Notes under the pieces: generated by a model | Databases searched by the model: none | The model's input: the letters and a program-made list of their open reading frames with translations, nothing else | Told to the model about the DNA's origin: nothing | Program-made: the position numbers and the translations under genes | Shown here: positions 12,747 to 25,967 of the stretch, piece after piece | Layout of the letters: each line of letters opens with the position of its first letter | Numbering within the stretch: position 1 is the first letter of the stretch | DNA from: Amoebidium appalachense | Lineage: Eukaryota; Protista; Ichthyosporea | NCBI GenBank assembly: GCA_963693365.1 | Contig: CAVNZM010000017.1 | Coordinates: 1,713,989 to 1,777,988 of the forward strand | Length of the DNA: 64,000 bases | Reading direction: 5' to 3'

Positions 12747-13058
12747 GGGGAGAGGGGGAGGGGGAGGGGGGAGGGGGAGGGGGAGGGGGGGGGGGAGGGG
12801 GAGGGGGAGGGGGAGGGGGAGTGCGGGGGGGAGGGGGAGGGGAGGGGGGGAGGGGGAGGGGGAGGGCTTGGGGAGAGGGGGAGGGCTTGGGGGGAGGGGG
12901 AGGGCGGGGGGGAGGGGAAGGGGGGGGGGGGAAGGGGGGGGGGGGGAGAGGGAGGGGGGAGGGGGGGGGGGAGAGGAAGGGGGGGAGAGGGCGAGAGGGC
13001 GAGAGGGCGAGAGGGCGAGGGGGCGAGAGGGCGAGGGGGCGAGGGGGCGAGAGGGAGA

Positions 13059-13126
<68 letters not shown>

Positions 13127-13340
13127 GAGAGATGAGGAGAGAGGGAGAGAGAGAGAGAAAGTGATCTGAGAAAACGTGCGTGCGCGGGTTAGAGAGAGGG
13201 CGGGGGGCCGGGGCTCGGCCGCCCCGGGGGGGGGGGGGGGGGGGGGGGAGGGGGGGGGGGGGGGGGAGAGAGAGAGAGATCTAGAGATCTAAAGGGAGAG
13301 CGGGGGGGGGGGGGGGGGGGAGGGGGGGGGGGGGGGAGGG
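12411..13340. repeat. Polypurine G/(AG)n/(GGGGAG)n low-complexity tract
   Basis: Directly visible. Confidence 0.95.
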
Positions 13341-14489
13341 AGGAGTGGGAGGAAGGAAGCGGGTGAGAGAAGAGAAAAGAAAATAAAAGAAATACAATTA
13401 CAGGAAGAACGTATAGAACGGAATGAAAGGAAACTAAAGGCAAATGCGAATAAAAACAGGGCGGAAAAGACCCAAAGCAGGCACTAACACAGCAACACCC
13501 TACAAAAGCGTGTAAAATCAATGCCTGAATCCCACGGATAGCAGTACAGTCATTTACGCACACCTACCGTACACAGCACAGCCAACCAGCCAAACAACAT
13601 ACACTGCTACTGGCCCGACGCGGCGTTCTTTGGCCGGTGGAACCGAAAATATTGAATATGGTTATATATCAGAAGCGTAATGATTGGACGACACGTGATA
13701 TGCACTGCATTCTTAGTGTAAACAAAACATTCCAAAGAATTCTCCCAGATCTACATAGGTTGAAGTGATTCTGCCTGCAGCGGTCGCTTGGTACTGTTGC
13801 TGCGTATGCTGGTAACGGAAAAGAGCATCCCGCAATCTGAACTCTTTGCATCTACTCTATAATTATAATATCAATCAAATTGATTAACAGGCATGAGTAG
13901 ACCTACTTTTGTCAGTTTGCGTTTGGACACTGTGCGTACCACCACTGAATCACATCTCAGATCACCAAACCCAGTGAGCCAATCGTTTTAGAATAAATTT
14001 CTCCCAAGACTTGCTTAAAGAAATCATTCAATCCGACAGATTCATCATTGATCACGAAGCGGCTCCAAAGTATATATCTGGTCAGCCACTGCAAAAACCC
14101 CTAAATATGTTTTCCAAAAAAAAAAAAAAAAAATGCAGATTCCACAGGATTTATACAGTGTTAATTGGGGGTTTTCCAAAGAAACGTTTTCACCAAAGCA
14201 TCTCGATTTTGAAGAAGTTATCCAGCTCGACAGGTGAGTCTGAGGAGAAGCCCTTGAGGGTATATAAACAAAGCGAGGTGGAGGCCTGGTCAACCATTTC
14301 ACAAGCGCTCTCACAAATCAGCTTCCTTCTTTCACTTGAACTCAACGTTCGCTGGTGCAACACGGCCGCCACACACACTACTACTATCAGTCGCTTACAT
14401 GCCGACAGTCCCGGTCCCGGAAAACATCAAAGAAAGTACATCATCGATACTGTAACCAAGCAACCTCCTTTCCCCCCCACGCATTCACC

Positions 14490-14777
14490 ATGGTTCATTT
14501 TTCCTCGTGTCTTTCCTTTGCGACCGTCGCTGCAACAATTTTTGCACCGGCCATGGCCGCACCCATCGTAGAGGCCAACGAGACCGGCCCCGTGCGTGCC
14601 TTCCATGTACCCTGCGGGGTGTGGGTGAGTCAGCGTCGTGAGTGGGGTGACTACGTGTGTTCTGGGAGCTTGGTGCGGCGTGACGTAATGTGCCTGGAGC
14701 TGGCTACTCCCCGCCCTAAGGAGGATGGGCCTGTAAAGGATGACCCGTGGTGCAGCGAGTCGGTGTGCTGCCCGTGA
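14490..14777 (+). CDS. Small secreted cysteine-rich peptide, copy 1 (95 aa)
   Basis: Hydrophobic signal-peptide-like N-terminus MVHFSSCLSFATVAATIFAPAMA, then a mature part with 6 Cys ending WCSESVCCP. A close paralogue lies at 29534-29824, and TATATAAA lies upstream at 14261. Confidence 0.8.
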   Translation: MVHFSSCLSFATVAATIFAPAMAAPIVEANETGPVRAFHVPCGVWVSQRREWGDYVCSGSLVRRDVMCLELATPRPKEDGPVKDDPWCSESVCCP

Positions 14778-15112
14778 ACAAGTGAAACAGATCGGAGTAA
14801 AGCCATGTCATTGTTTCATGTGATTAAAGTTACCAACTTGCAATTAATGTATTTCACATGTTTCATGCATATGGCTGGCGCCATTGCAATATGGCACTAT
14901 TGTATGCCAAGTACTGTATTCATATCTATGTAAATCTGTGTCACCGGCAGGTATTTAATGTGCAAACAATAATAAAGAGCGGCAGTAACATGTTTGTATA
15001 CTGACACCGTGATATATATTTTATACTAAACACGCGTAACTACGACCTGTTTATTAGATGTATTGATTGGCTTGAGAAACACATCACTACAAAATTCTAG
15101 CGCACGCGCGCG

Positions 15113-15989
<877 letters not shown>

Positions 15990-16221
15990 AGCATGGCCCA
16001 CACAGTGATTGCCACATTCATCGATCACACCGTGAGCAAAAGGCTTAAATGTTACACACAAGTGCCTGCAGACACACGTACCCTACCTGTCCCCCCCCTC
16101 CCCCAATGGGGTCTGGCACGCACGTCTGTACAGGTATCCCAAAGAAAATTTACATCGTAGAACCGGGTGGTTGATTATGGGGGACCTTCTGCGGATTCAG
16201 TCCGGCGTGGACGTACATAGA

Positions 16222-16868
16222 CTTGTATTTTATTTTTATCACGTTTTGTTCCCGGAGGGTCTTTGCAAACCCTCTAGGGAAACTACCGTCTACCACACAG
16301 CACCAACAGTACAATAGTTAGCCTAAGGGTGCTATCTATGTGTTCAGAACCATCCTTCACAATCCTGACTATAAGTACACAAATTGCTCAGGGTACCGTG
16401 ACTACCCCAGCCACGCCAGCAGGAGGCACCAGTCCTCCTCTCCAATCAAATCGTAAGAATAAACGTTGACCACGGGCTCTCATTAGTCGATCTACATTAG
16501 CGAAATGTTCTCTGTGTTGTGTGTTATGTTTACGGGAGGTAGAGGTGGATGATGGGGTGTGGTGGTGGGGAGGGAGGGGGGGGGTTGCTTCCTAATAATA
16601 TGTGTTGTTGTACATACTGTACTTTGTGGCAATGCTGTTGTGAATAGGTGTGGTTTGAAGGGCACTGTGGGATTGTGTGTGTGCCGGCAGTGGGTATTGC
16701 CGTTTTTTTCTTTCTACAGGTGGTGGTGGTGTGGTGGTGTTTTTGCATTTTGGGGTGGATAGATGGGAGTGTTGTGTTACGTGGGTGCTAAGAAAAAAAA
16801 GTCTGCAATTCTACTGTAATTCTTCCTATGATGGCCCGTGTGGTTTCTTCGGTGGTGCCGGTGGGTGC
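16222..16868 (-). mobile_element. LINE family A 3' fragment, diverged copy
   Basis: Homologous to ~2420-3120 (3' UTR and MQKHHH...HILLGSNPPP peptide). 11-bp TSD ACGTACATAGA at 16211-16221 and 16869-16879. Confidence 0.88.
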
Positions 16869-17077
16869 ACGTACATAGAGGCAACCGTCGGAACGCTTGC
16901 GATCCCTTGATTCGAGGCCAATTAACAAAATGAGAAAACAGTAGTACTCCTTGCCAACATTTTTCTTATAATATTTTCAATTTATTTCTGAGTCGGCTGC
17001 TGTGTACACATGTATTGTCGTGTACATCACCATGTGACAATCATCTCATCAGAATGAGTTTGCAATGAAGTTGGTCG

Positions 17078-17365
17078 CTAGTAACCGGAAGCCCTAGTCG
17101 TGCATATATGCAGTTTATTGAATATTGAACTAGCAGGAACCTGTAGTGGCACAACCCCCATATCATGATGCGTGGCTTTGAAGTGTGAGATTAGATTCTG
17201 ACAGGTAGGAAGGGTCCCGGAGAGGGAACGAGAAATCGGTGTGCGCGAGTGCGCGCCATACTCAGGCGCATTTAGATTTTCAGAGGCAGACCAGTTGATG
17301 TGGCATAAATCAGATTGTATCACTGAGTGGTACCTCACATACATAGCTTGCCATCTGACAAACAT
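17078..17365 (-). pseudogene. Possible LINE ORF2 C-terminal relic
   Basis: INWSAS...R..ISRSLSGTLPT resembles the GTLPT region of LINE ORF2 C-termini, including the family A element here. Short and weak. Confidence 0.3.
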
Positions 17366-17565
17366 TCATAATATATAAACATTATTACACAAGACGCAAG
17401 CTTAAGGTTGCAAACCTGTTGGTATACAGAATGGGTAGGATAAAAAGAAAAAGCCCTAAAAACGGAACTGTTAAGGTGACAAAGTGGAAAAAAGCTTTAA
17501 CAGTTTGTGAACTTCGTGACCCACAAACCATATATAGATAGCTTTGCCGATGATCATGATCACTT

Positions 17566-18381
17566 TCAGGGTAGAACCGAAAAACACGACACTTGCTGGA
17601 TGAACATCTCTTTCATGACATTTTTGGGCAAGGAACCGAACAATTCTTTGTGTTCGGGATGCAGAAATTCAATATGTCCGTCCCCCGAGACAGTGTTTCT
17701 TTTGAAATAGAGAATCTCCCTCGCCACCTTGCGAATGGAATTTTCAGGCCAATCAACCCTGTGTTTGTATTTGTGAAATGCCACCATCAGCTCGATACAC
17801 GGCTTTTTCTTCGCCTGGCGCTCAAGAATTTCAAGCACATCTTTGCACTCGTACATGGACGCAACACGCACCAGCCGAATCATTTCTTCCTTGGTCAACA
17901 CGATTCTCAGATCAACACATTCGTTCAAAGCGACGGTGGAGGAGGAAGTAGGAGGTCGAGAATCAAGAATCGTTCTTGCTGCCACGGCAAGTGTGAGCTC
18001 AAAGAAAGTGCTGAGTGTTTGGTAGGAAATGTCCGTGATGGTGATGATGTTGGTTGTCGCCTCGATAAACCCGTGTGCCTTGGAGGAATCAGAAAACATA
18101 GTGGCAAAGAATGGGGAAAGGTTGACAAGAAAGTGTTTTGGAATTTCAATAATTTTGACATAACAACGGGTACGATAGGTGGCAGCGGCTTCCACGCTTA
18201 ATCCTGTGTCAGCATAAATCCTGTCTTTCTCGTTTACTGCGGCTGATTTTCGCGCCCCGTTTGCGTGCTCCGAGGGGCATATTCTTATCGTCACGATGGG
18301 GGTGGTTGCGAGTAGGGGTGCATGCTCGTTGCAACCCAAAAACGTAAGGAGCTTTAAGATTCTGTCTTTTAGAGCGGTCAT
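17566..18381 (-). CDS. BTB/POZ-domain protein, paralogue 2 (271 aa, intronless)
   Basis: LVNLSPFFATMFSDS...EATTNIITITDISYQTL and IRLVRVASMYECKD...KPCIELMVAFHKYKH, collinear with paralogue 1 from the start Met. Confidence 0.85.
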   Translation of the reverse strand: MTALKDRILKLLTFLGCNEHAPLLATTPIVTIRICPSEHANGARKSAAVNEKDRIYADTGLSVEAAATYRTRCYVKIIEIPKHFLVNLSPFFATMFSDSSKAHGFIEATTNIITITDISYQTLSTFFELTLAVAARTILDSRPPTSSSTVALNECVDLRIVLTKEEMIRLVRVASMYECKDVLEILERQAKKKPCIELMVAFHKYKHRVDWPENSIRKVAREILYFKRNTVSGDGHIEFLHPEHKELFGSLPKNVMKEMFIQQVSCFSVLP

Positions 18382-19199
18382 TCTGTATCTATAGATTTAT
18401 TCGGTGATAAAGCATGCATATAAATATTAACAACGGATAAGAATAAAAGAACGACTATGCAATAATAACGGGAAACGCGAAACGAGACCGGGTTAAGGAG
18501 TCCCAAAAGCAAAACTGGTAAAATGAAGTTCTTGCTCACTCGATACATTGTTGTCAATGTTGTGCTATAAGCCGTCTGATCAATGGTGCTACGTAGCTGC
18601 AAAGTCAGGGGTGGCCAAGCACGTGTAATCTCTTGCATATAATGTTACGATTAATATTAAATGCTGTAATATCATTAATGGACCGATTAGGATGAAACTA
18701 CTATCCCCGCATACTCAAAGAATATTTCTCAGACTATCTATGAACATGCCAAATATATGATCTAAAAATACTAAAAATAAAAATCCTTTAATTCGACTCA
18801 AGGAGGCCAGCATGACTGTAACTCTATAGGGACCTGTCAGTGAGAGAATAAGGAGCCCAGATCTGGACCTGGTGACGTGTGCACGTGGTAAAATGATTCA
18901 CTTAATCCTCATGTTTTGTGCCCGTGGATTACTACTGGGCTACTATACAAGCTTACACATGCGATGTCCGGAAATTTGAAAGTCAAAACATTGACAAGCC
19001 CACTCATTTTCGGGCCACAATTGGGCTGCAACTTGCCTGCACGGCTTTAGGACCAACTTTAACAATCATGCAATGCATGCATCTTATTATTATTCACACC
19101 AAGAATTTCAAACTTCGAATTCGGTATGAACCGTGAAAGAGATCTCTCAATGCATGGGCTGAAGAAACAACTTTTATTACTCTGTACGGGTACATGGAC

Positions 19200-19684
19200 A
19201 CGAACACACACACACACACACGCACATGTCGCACACACGCACGCACGCGCACACGCGCACACGCGCATAAGCGCACACGCACACACGCACGTACACGTGT
19301 ACAAACGCGTACACGCGAACACACACATGCAACATACACACGCATACATACACGCACACACAACACACACGTGCACACACAGGCGTGCACACGCACACAC
19401 GTGCACACGTACGCCCCTACACACATACACGCCTACACATGTACACACGTACGCACGCGTACGTACACACGCAGATGCATGCAACACCATGTGACACACA
19501 CACACACAAACACACAGTGTCACAAGTACGCACGTGCACACACATACACACACGCGCGCGCACAAACGCACGCACGAGCACTGCGCATACACGCACCACG
19601 GACACATGCACACAAAAACACATACACGTACACGCACACGCACATGCGCACACACGCACACGCACATGTACACGCACGCACGTC

Positions 19685-19740
<56 letters not shown>

Positions 19741-19741
19741 T

Positions 19742-19812
<71 letters not shown>
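19200..19812. repeat. Degenerate (CA)/(GCAC)n microsatellite
   Basis: Directly visible. Confidence 0.95.
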
Positions 19813-19829
19813 CATGAGAAAGAAAAATA

Positions 19830-20260
19830 AACCTGACTTCAACTTGTCTTGGCAAGGCTTCAAAATAGTGACTGGAGCCGGGGAACCCCAACTGTTACCC
19901 CGGAGAAGTCGGGACAATGTTCTACCTAATATGGGTATATTTCAGGGATTACAATTGGTCCGGCTTCCAAAACAAAGCATTCCGAAGAATTCTGCCAAAA
20001 ATGTCGGACCTTCGTCTGTAGTGTTGCTGTTGCAGGCCGGTTATGTGAAACGTTATGCCTCAATTTGATCCCCTGTCGAATAAATAGGGGGGAAAGTGGT
20101 CAGTAAATGTTGATCACACGACAAGAATTGGTCTCCTTTTCTTTCACCGTTTGTGGGCCGCGCCTGTGCGCTGTTTCTCGAGACTCTTGTAGGCGACCGG
20201 CCGCGAGCCCGATCACCAAACCCAGCGAGCCAATTGTATTCAAGCAATCTTAAGATTCCT
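19830..20260 (-). pseudogene. Possible decayed Ty3/gypsy RNase H fragment
   Basis: Frame-broken peptides RPVAYKS...KEKE...FTDH recall the gypsy RNase H PVAYxSR/EKE/TDH motifs. Several stops and frameshifts. Confidence 0.3.
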
Positions 20261-20315
20261 CAAATTCCTAAATCACCCACAACTTAAATCCCCTTTCGGT
20301 TTATTCGAGAATTTT

Positions 20316-20379
20316 TGTTTTTTATAATGACTTTATTGATATGCTCATTAAAATAGAGGCAATGGAGATATCACAGATC
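20316..20379 (-). mobile_element. LINE family B 3' terminus fragment
   Basis: TTTTATAATGACTTTATTGAT.TGCTCAT.AAA...GGAGATATCACAGAT matches 8916-8981. Confidence 0.75.
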
Positions 20380-20834
20380 GAGAATTCGAGATGCCTGATG
20401 TTCTCATAAAGTATCCTGGCAGCCCCTGTAAACATTATGCTGACGTCGATGTTAATCTGCAATCATGTGGGTTCAAATTATTTTTGATATAAAAAAACTC
20501 CTTTAGCAAGACACTTGCTGCTTGTATGTTTAAGTTCTGGATATCAGGCTTCTATTGCAATTTGCAAACTTTCTTTGACGAGGAAAATCCGCAACGATGT
20601 TTTAGCAAATCCGGGGGGATTTGTCGGAACTTCGAGATGTTTTTTTCTATCCAATCACTATCGAGAACGAGATTTCCCGCGAGGTATATAGCCTACGGCC
20701 TGTTGGTTTTCAGTCCACCACTTCTACAACAACGAAATCTGTTCTGATCCTCAACCGTAAATAGCCCCCCGAACAAACACCAAAAAAACACACATCTATA
20801 ACCAAGTAACCCCATCATCCCCAGCACATCCAGC

Positions 20835-20915
20835 ATGATGAATCTCTCCTCTTTTCTTTCTTTTGCAGCGCTAGCCGTCGCTGCAACAATCGTTGCCCCG
20901 GCCATGGCAATCTAA
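20835..20915 (+). pseudogene. Cys-rich peptide family, truncated copy (signal peptide only)
   Basis: MMNLSSFLSFAALAVAATIVAPAMAI* is homologous to the N-termini of copies 1 and 2. The CCAAT (20651) and TATA (20685) promoter is retained; the mature domain is absent. Confidence 0.7.
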
Positions 20916-21865
20916 ATTGCATATTTTCCCCTGTCTGGGTAGCCCTAATAGAGCCACCAATCGCTTTGGAGTCCATTTTTTGACAGCTTTACCTGAGCCA
21001 CTAATCGAAAAACTGGTGGACCTAACCTCAAAACGTCAGGGACCCCTGGGACACTTTTCGGCGTTTCAGGGACAATTCTGCTCACGATCCCCTACAATAA
21101 TTTCACAGCCTGGTAAACAAAGCGGGCCTGTTTCGGTTGGCTGATAGGGTTTGAAAAATTCGAAATCTTCTAGATCTAGCAGGCGGCCGGCTCGCGCTGC
21201 GGCTCATCGATATGCAGTTGAATTCGGATATGTAATATGTACTTGTGAGAAACACATCACTATTCCTCTGCAATTAAAGACGTTTGTGAAGCTTCCTTTA
21301 TGTTTTTTCTTTCTTTCTTTTTTTAATTTTAATTAAGCATAGATCTTGTATCATTCGCCGTCGCCATCAAGTTAGATTTCATTGGATCATGTCTGGCCGG
21401 GTGGCGTGATCCCACAAGACGGCGTAGACGCCCCATACACCTGTGACCTGGTCCCAATCTATTATATTTGGTGGTTCAGTGACATACACAAACTGAATAC
21501 AACGTAATAAATGCAATTAACACTAAAACTAATATGAAAAATTTCGTGAAAAAAGTAATTAACAGTACATATTTGAAATTTATACGGATACGTATACGCC
21601 CTGGGGGCTGTGATGCGATCATATGATATACCTGGTCGTCACGAAGGTCCCAGGGCCTGTGCCAGAAAACTTTGGAGCCAAATTCTCGATAGCGTAGTTT
21701 CGCGTGTGGCTCTGTACTAAGGTTAGAGCTCTAACTCACTGATATATGCGAGCATTTATCTACGTTATTCAGTTTTTCACCCGTTTTTCGCCGAGCAGAA
21801 CTACTCTATGTGTGTATGTTACATGTACGTCCTTGTGTGGACGTCTGTCTGTATGGTTACACAAA

Positions 21866-22924
21866 ATGGGGGCCTCTTGGTATAGTAGCAACACAAAAAA
21901 GGTGCTTGTATGCAGTTGGAAGCACTTGGTTTTGGCGGTTGCCCAGCTGGCAGTCCTAATAATCACGGTCGTTGTCGGTGGGCGCTACCTCATTTTTGAG
22001 CGAAATTTGAGCCTTGTGACCTCTGAAAATGACGAACTTTTCAACACACTAAGTGTTCTTCAAAACCAAACGTCGTCTCCTTTGGAAAAAAGTTTCGAAA
22101 AGTCTCCTTTTTCCAGTGTAAATGTTGCATCATTTCAAATAACATTTGCACCTGGTTCTTCCGAGTATTGGGATTACGCACATGTCCTTTCCGAACTGCA
22201 GTCAGCATTACCCAGAAGCGAGTTTTTGTACAAATCCGGGCCAAAGAACACGCAACAATGTGGCTACCAATACACAACGAGAATGCTTAACAAACTTGGA
22301 AAGGAGCCCTACACATGGGAGGTGGACGCGCCCAACATGCCTACTGTGGGGCGAATGGAAGTGCATGCTATGAAATTCCTTCTTAAAACCTACCCAGAAA
22401 TGGAGTATCTCATAATGCTGGACACAGACACAGTTGCAAATATGGCAGAGCTTGCGCGCATTCTCACACGATGCCCTTCCCCATATCTCTACGGTGGTGT
22501 CATGCTAAACGATGAACTTGTGGCGATGGGGCCAAACCGCAACGGAGAAAACGAAATTTTCTTCAAGCAGACTGGGCTGAGAACTTATCCAACATACATG
22601 GACGGGCCTCTTGTTGTGATGGGGCGTAAAGCGGTTGAGTATTACGTTAACGTAATGGAACTTTTACCAAACACAACATCAACAGCACACCCGGACGACG
22701 CAAACCTCGGGTATATTATGACGTCACACCCCTTTTTGCGTCTATGTCCCGTTGGGAGCTATTTGTTTGGGACGAGGCTTTATTCTCACCCGCACAAGCA
22801 AAGGGACGTGAAAGAGTGTCCCGGTTCAAACTTGGAATTTATGGGTGGGATGCCCGTTTTTAGCCAAGCCCCCCGAAACAAAATAGTTCCGGCAAAAGTG
22901 AATAAGTTTGAACCTGCACCGTGA
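21866..22924 (+). CDS. Type II membrane glycosyltransferase, GT31 (beta-1,3-galactosyltransferase/Fringe-like), intronless, ~352 aa
   Basis: N-terminal TM segment (LVLAVAQLAVLIITVVVGG), DxD motif YLIMLDTDT, YPTYMDGPLVVMGR (cf. YPxYxxGxGYVxS) and PDDANLG (cf. EDVxxG). The ORF is open from 21746; the second Met at 21866 is preferred as start. Confidence 0.78.
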   Translation: MGASWYSSNTKKVLVCSWKHLVLAVAQLAVLIITVVVGGRYLIFERNLSLVTSENDELFNTLSVLQNQTSSPLEKSFEKSPFSSVNVASFQITFAPGSSEYWDYAHVLSELQSALPRSEFLYKSGPKNTQQCGYQYTTRMLNKLGKEPYTWEVDAPNMPTVGRMEVHAMKFLLKTYPEMEYLIMLDTDTVANMAELARILTRCPSPYLYGGVMLNDELVAMGPNRNGENEIFFKQTGLRTYPTYMDGPLVVMGRKAVEYYVNVMELLPNTTSTAHPDDANLGYIMTSHPFLRLCPVGSYLFGTRLYSHPHKQRDVKECPGSNLEFMGGMPVFSQAPRNKIVPAKVNKFEPAP

Positions 22925-23420
22925 TCATTCCAGTTGCGACCATAGTATGAGATGAATGATGCAATTAGCTATTAGATACGGATTATTATCATTGTCCGAT
23001 ACGATTATAAAGTGAATTTCTGTAAGGTTTGAGGTTATTTGCTGAGCATGAAATCAAAAAGCAAAGGTTTATATAAAGAAGCATTGTAAAGTTTATAAAA
23101 TTATAACTAACATTGAATCATTTCCGAGATCAAAAAAAAAAAAATTACTGAATACTACTGTATTTAGTTGTAACCAAAGACCCATCATCGGACCGTGCTC
23201 ACCACTGACTGTGCGAAGTACTAGTGTTTGCACATTGCACATGCGCACATACCGTAGCACACACGTGGCACACCCGCATACATACACACACACACGAGAG
23301 AGAGAGAGAGAAAGACGGGAGGGGGGGAAAGGGGGAGAGAGAGAAGGGGGGGGGGGGGGGGGGGGGGAACATACAGACAGACAGACAGACACACACACAC
23401 AGAGAGAGAGAGCTCTAGAG

Positions 23421-23510
<90 letters not shown>

Positions 23511-24525
23511 CACGAGCCCAGCGTGGGTGTGTATTACACAAACGTGCGTGCATATGCATATACCCCCCCCCCCTTCCCCCCCCCCCCCCCCCCAAAGTGT
23601 GTGCGTGTGTGTCATACAAACGGGCGTGCCTCTCCCCCCCCCCCCCCCCCCCACCCCCACCCCCTCCCCTCCCCCCCTCCCCCCTCCCCCCCACCTCCCC
23701 CCCCCCCCCCCAAAAAAAAAAAAATCACAACTCACACCCAAACGGACCCACACATGCACACACACATAAACACACCAAGTACTGTATGTGACACACATAC
23801 ACACACAAAATAGATGCACTGCAGTATATGTTTCCACAGACCTGTATGCACACTTCTGCTCACAAATCTGCGCATGCACACACACGAACGTACACACAAA
23901 CACGGGCACAAACACCCACACTCACACATATCCACACAGTGGGATGGGAGTGGGTCCGCGCAGGGGGACTGGGTTGGGAGGGGGGGGGGGGGGAGAAGGA
24001 TTCAGGGGCCGGGGGGGGGGGGGGGGGAGGGGGGGGGAGGGGGGGGGGGGGGGGGGGGGGTAGAGGGAGGGAAGGACGGGAGGGGAGGGGGAAGGGGGGA
24101 GCGGGAGAAAGTGCACGAGAGAAACTGACACACATTAAGGGAAACAAAAGCAGCTTGTGCTCATACCTCCACACAACTACGTACACACGCACACACACCT
24201 ATGATTCAAAGTTCAGTGTAACAACTTTTTTTCTGGAGTTAAATATAGTTTCCATGTTATAATTAGTATAATCGATTTGTTTGGGATCGTTGGCCCCTCC
24301 CTCCAGCAATGGCCAATCCGGAAATACGACATGGACCCCATAAATAAATAAATTCACATCATGCTACAGATGAAATAAGCCCTTTCATTTTAATGTCAAC
24401 TACTGCACGGCCATTAGCTAGGCCCAAAAACATGGACACAACAATCCAGCAACTACAAACAAGATAACCGGGACAAAGCAAAAACCAAATTACTACGACA
24501 AAAAGGGCAAAAAATAAATAAAAAA

Positions 24526-24566
<41 letters not shown>

Positions 24567-24767
24567 TTGCTCCAATCAAACAACACTTTTATGGTGAAAC
24601 CTCACAATGATTTAATTGATTTTTTTTTCCCGCACTACCTCGCAGTGTGGATTTGCTTCTTCCGAAAATTGATGCTCACATCATTTTATTGAAACACACC
24701 GTTTACGGAAAGCATAGATACACCCTGACTGTAAGCACACACGCACACGTGCGGGCGCGGGCGCGGG

Positions 24768-24852
<85 letters not shown>

Positions 24853-24967
24853 ATGCACACGTGCATACACTTTGAAATGCCCAGTTCTTGCTTCAAATAT
24901 TCCCTTTTTTACATCTTTTTATAGCTCACCAGGTTTATCCCCAAAGTTCCCGTACATCCCTCCCCCC

Positions 24968-24998
<31 letters not shown>

Positions 24999-25067
24999 AA
25001 AAAAAAAAAAAAAAAGAAGAAGAAGAAGAAAAAAGAAAAGAAAAGAAAAAAACACACACACTCCCCC

Positions 25068-25125
25068 TGTCACAGAGGAAATTTTGCCAGGAAAATGTTG
25101 CACTAGATCGTCTCCCTAGGCCGTG
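25068..25125. mobile_element. Solo terminus of the 8295-8811 MITE family
   Basis: TGTCACAGAGGAAATTTTGCCAGGAAAATGTTGCACTAGATCGTCTCCCTAG matches the reverse complement of ~8758-8811. Confidence 0.6.
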
Positions 25126-25811
25126 TTCACCTAATATTGTTCGAAACGGAGATCAGTTTACTGTTCTAGTTTTCTAGTTGGCCCGTTTAGGTGGTTATAT
25201 GTGTGTCCTCCCTCCCCCCCCCCCCCCCCCCCCCCCCACCCTGTCTTCCCCTTTTTCTTTCGTATTCTCTGCTACCACAGCCCCCCCCCCCCCCCCACAC
25301 ACACACACACACACACTCACACCCACACATACACTATAGGAAAACGTGGATTTGCCCCATTGAGAGACAGAGTACACTGAATGAATCAGATAGAGAGGTT
25401 TGATAAAACGAGATTAAGAGAATGAGATAAGGCAATGAGCAAGCATACCTCATTTGAGCACCCATGATCCAAATCTGATGTGTGTGAAAACTAAATTTCT
25501 GCAATATTCTGAATTGGGTAGGCCCTTTTTTTTGCCCGGGTGGGGGGGGAGGGGGGGGGGGGGGGATGGGGAGAGGGGGAGGGGGAGGGGGACGTTGGCT
25601 ATATTTGTGTTCGTGTGTACACTTGCGTATGTTTTCTTGTACCACAATGTGCGTGTGTTTGTATGCTGGGTGTGTGCTTTTGCGCGCGCACATGTGTATA
25701 TTACGGTGGTTGTGTGAGATTCTATGGTGCGAATGTGCATGTATTGCTCGGACAGACGTGACGTTACGGTGGCTGTGATGGTATGTGTTTGTCACAGTAT
25801 GTGTGTGTGCC

Positions 25812-25967
<156 letters not shown>

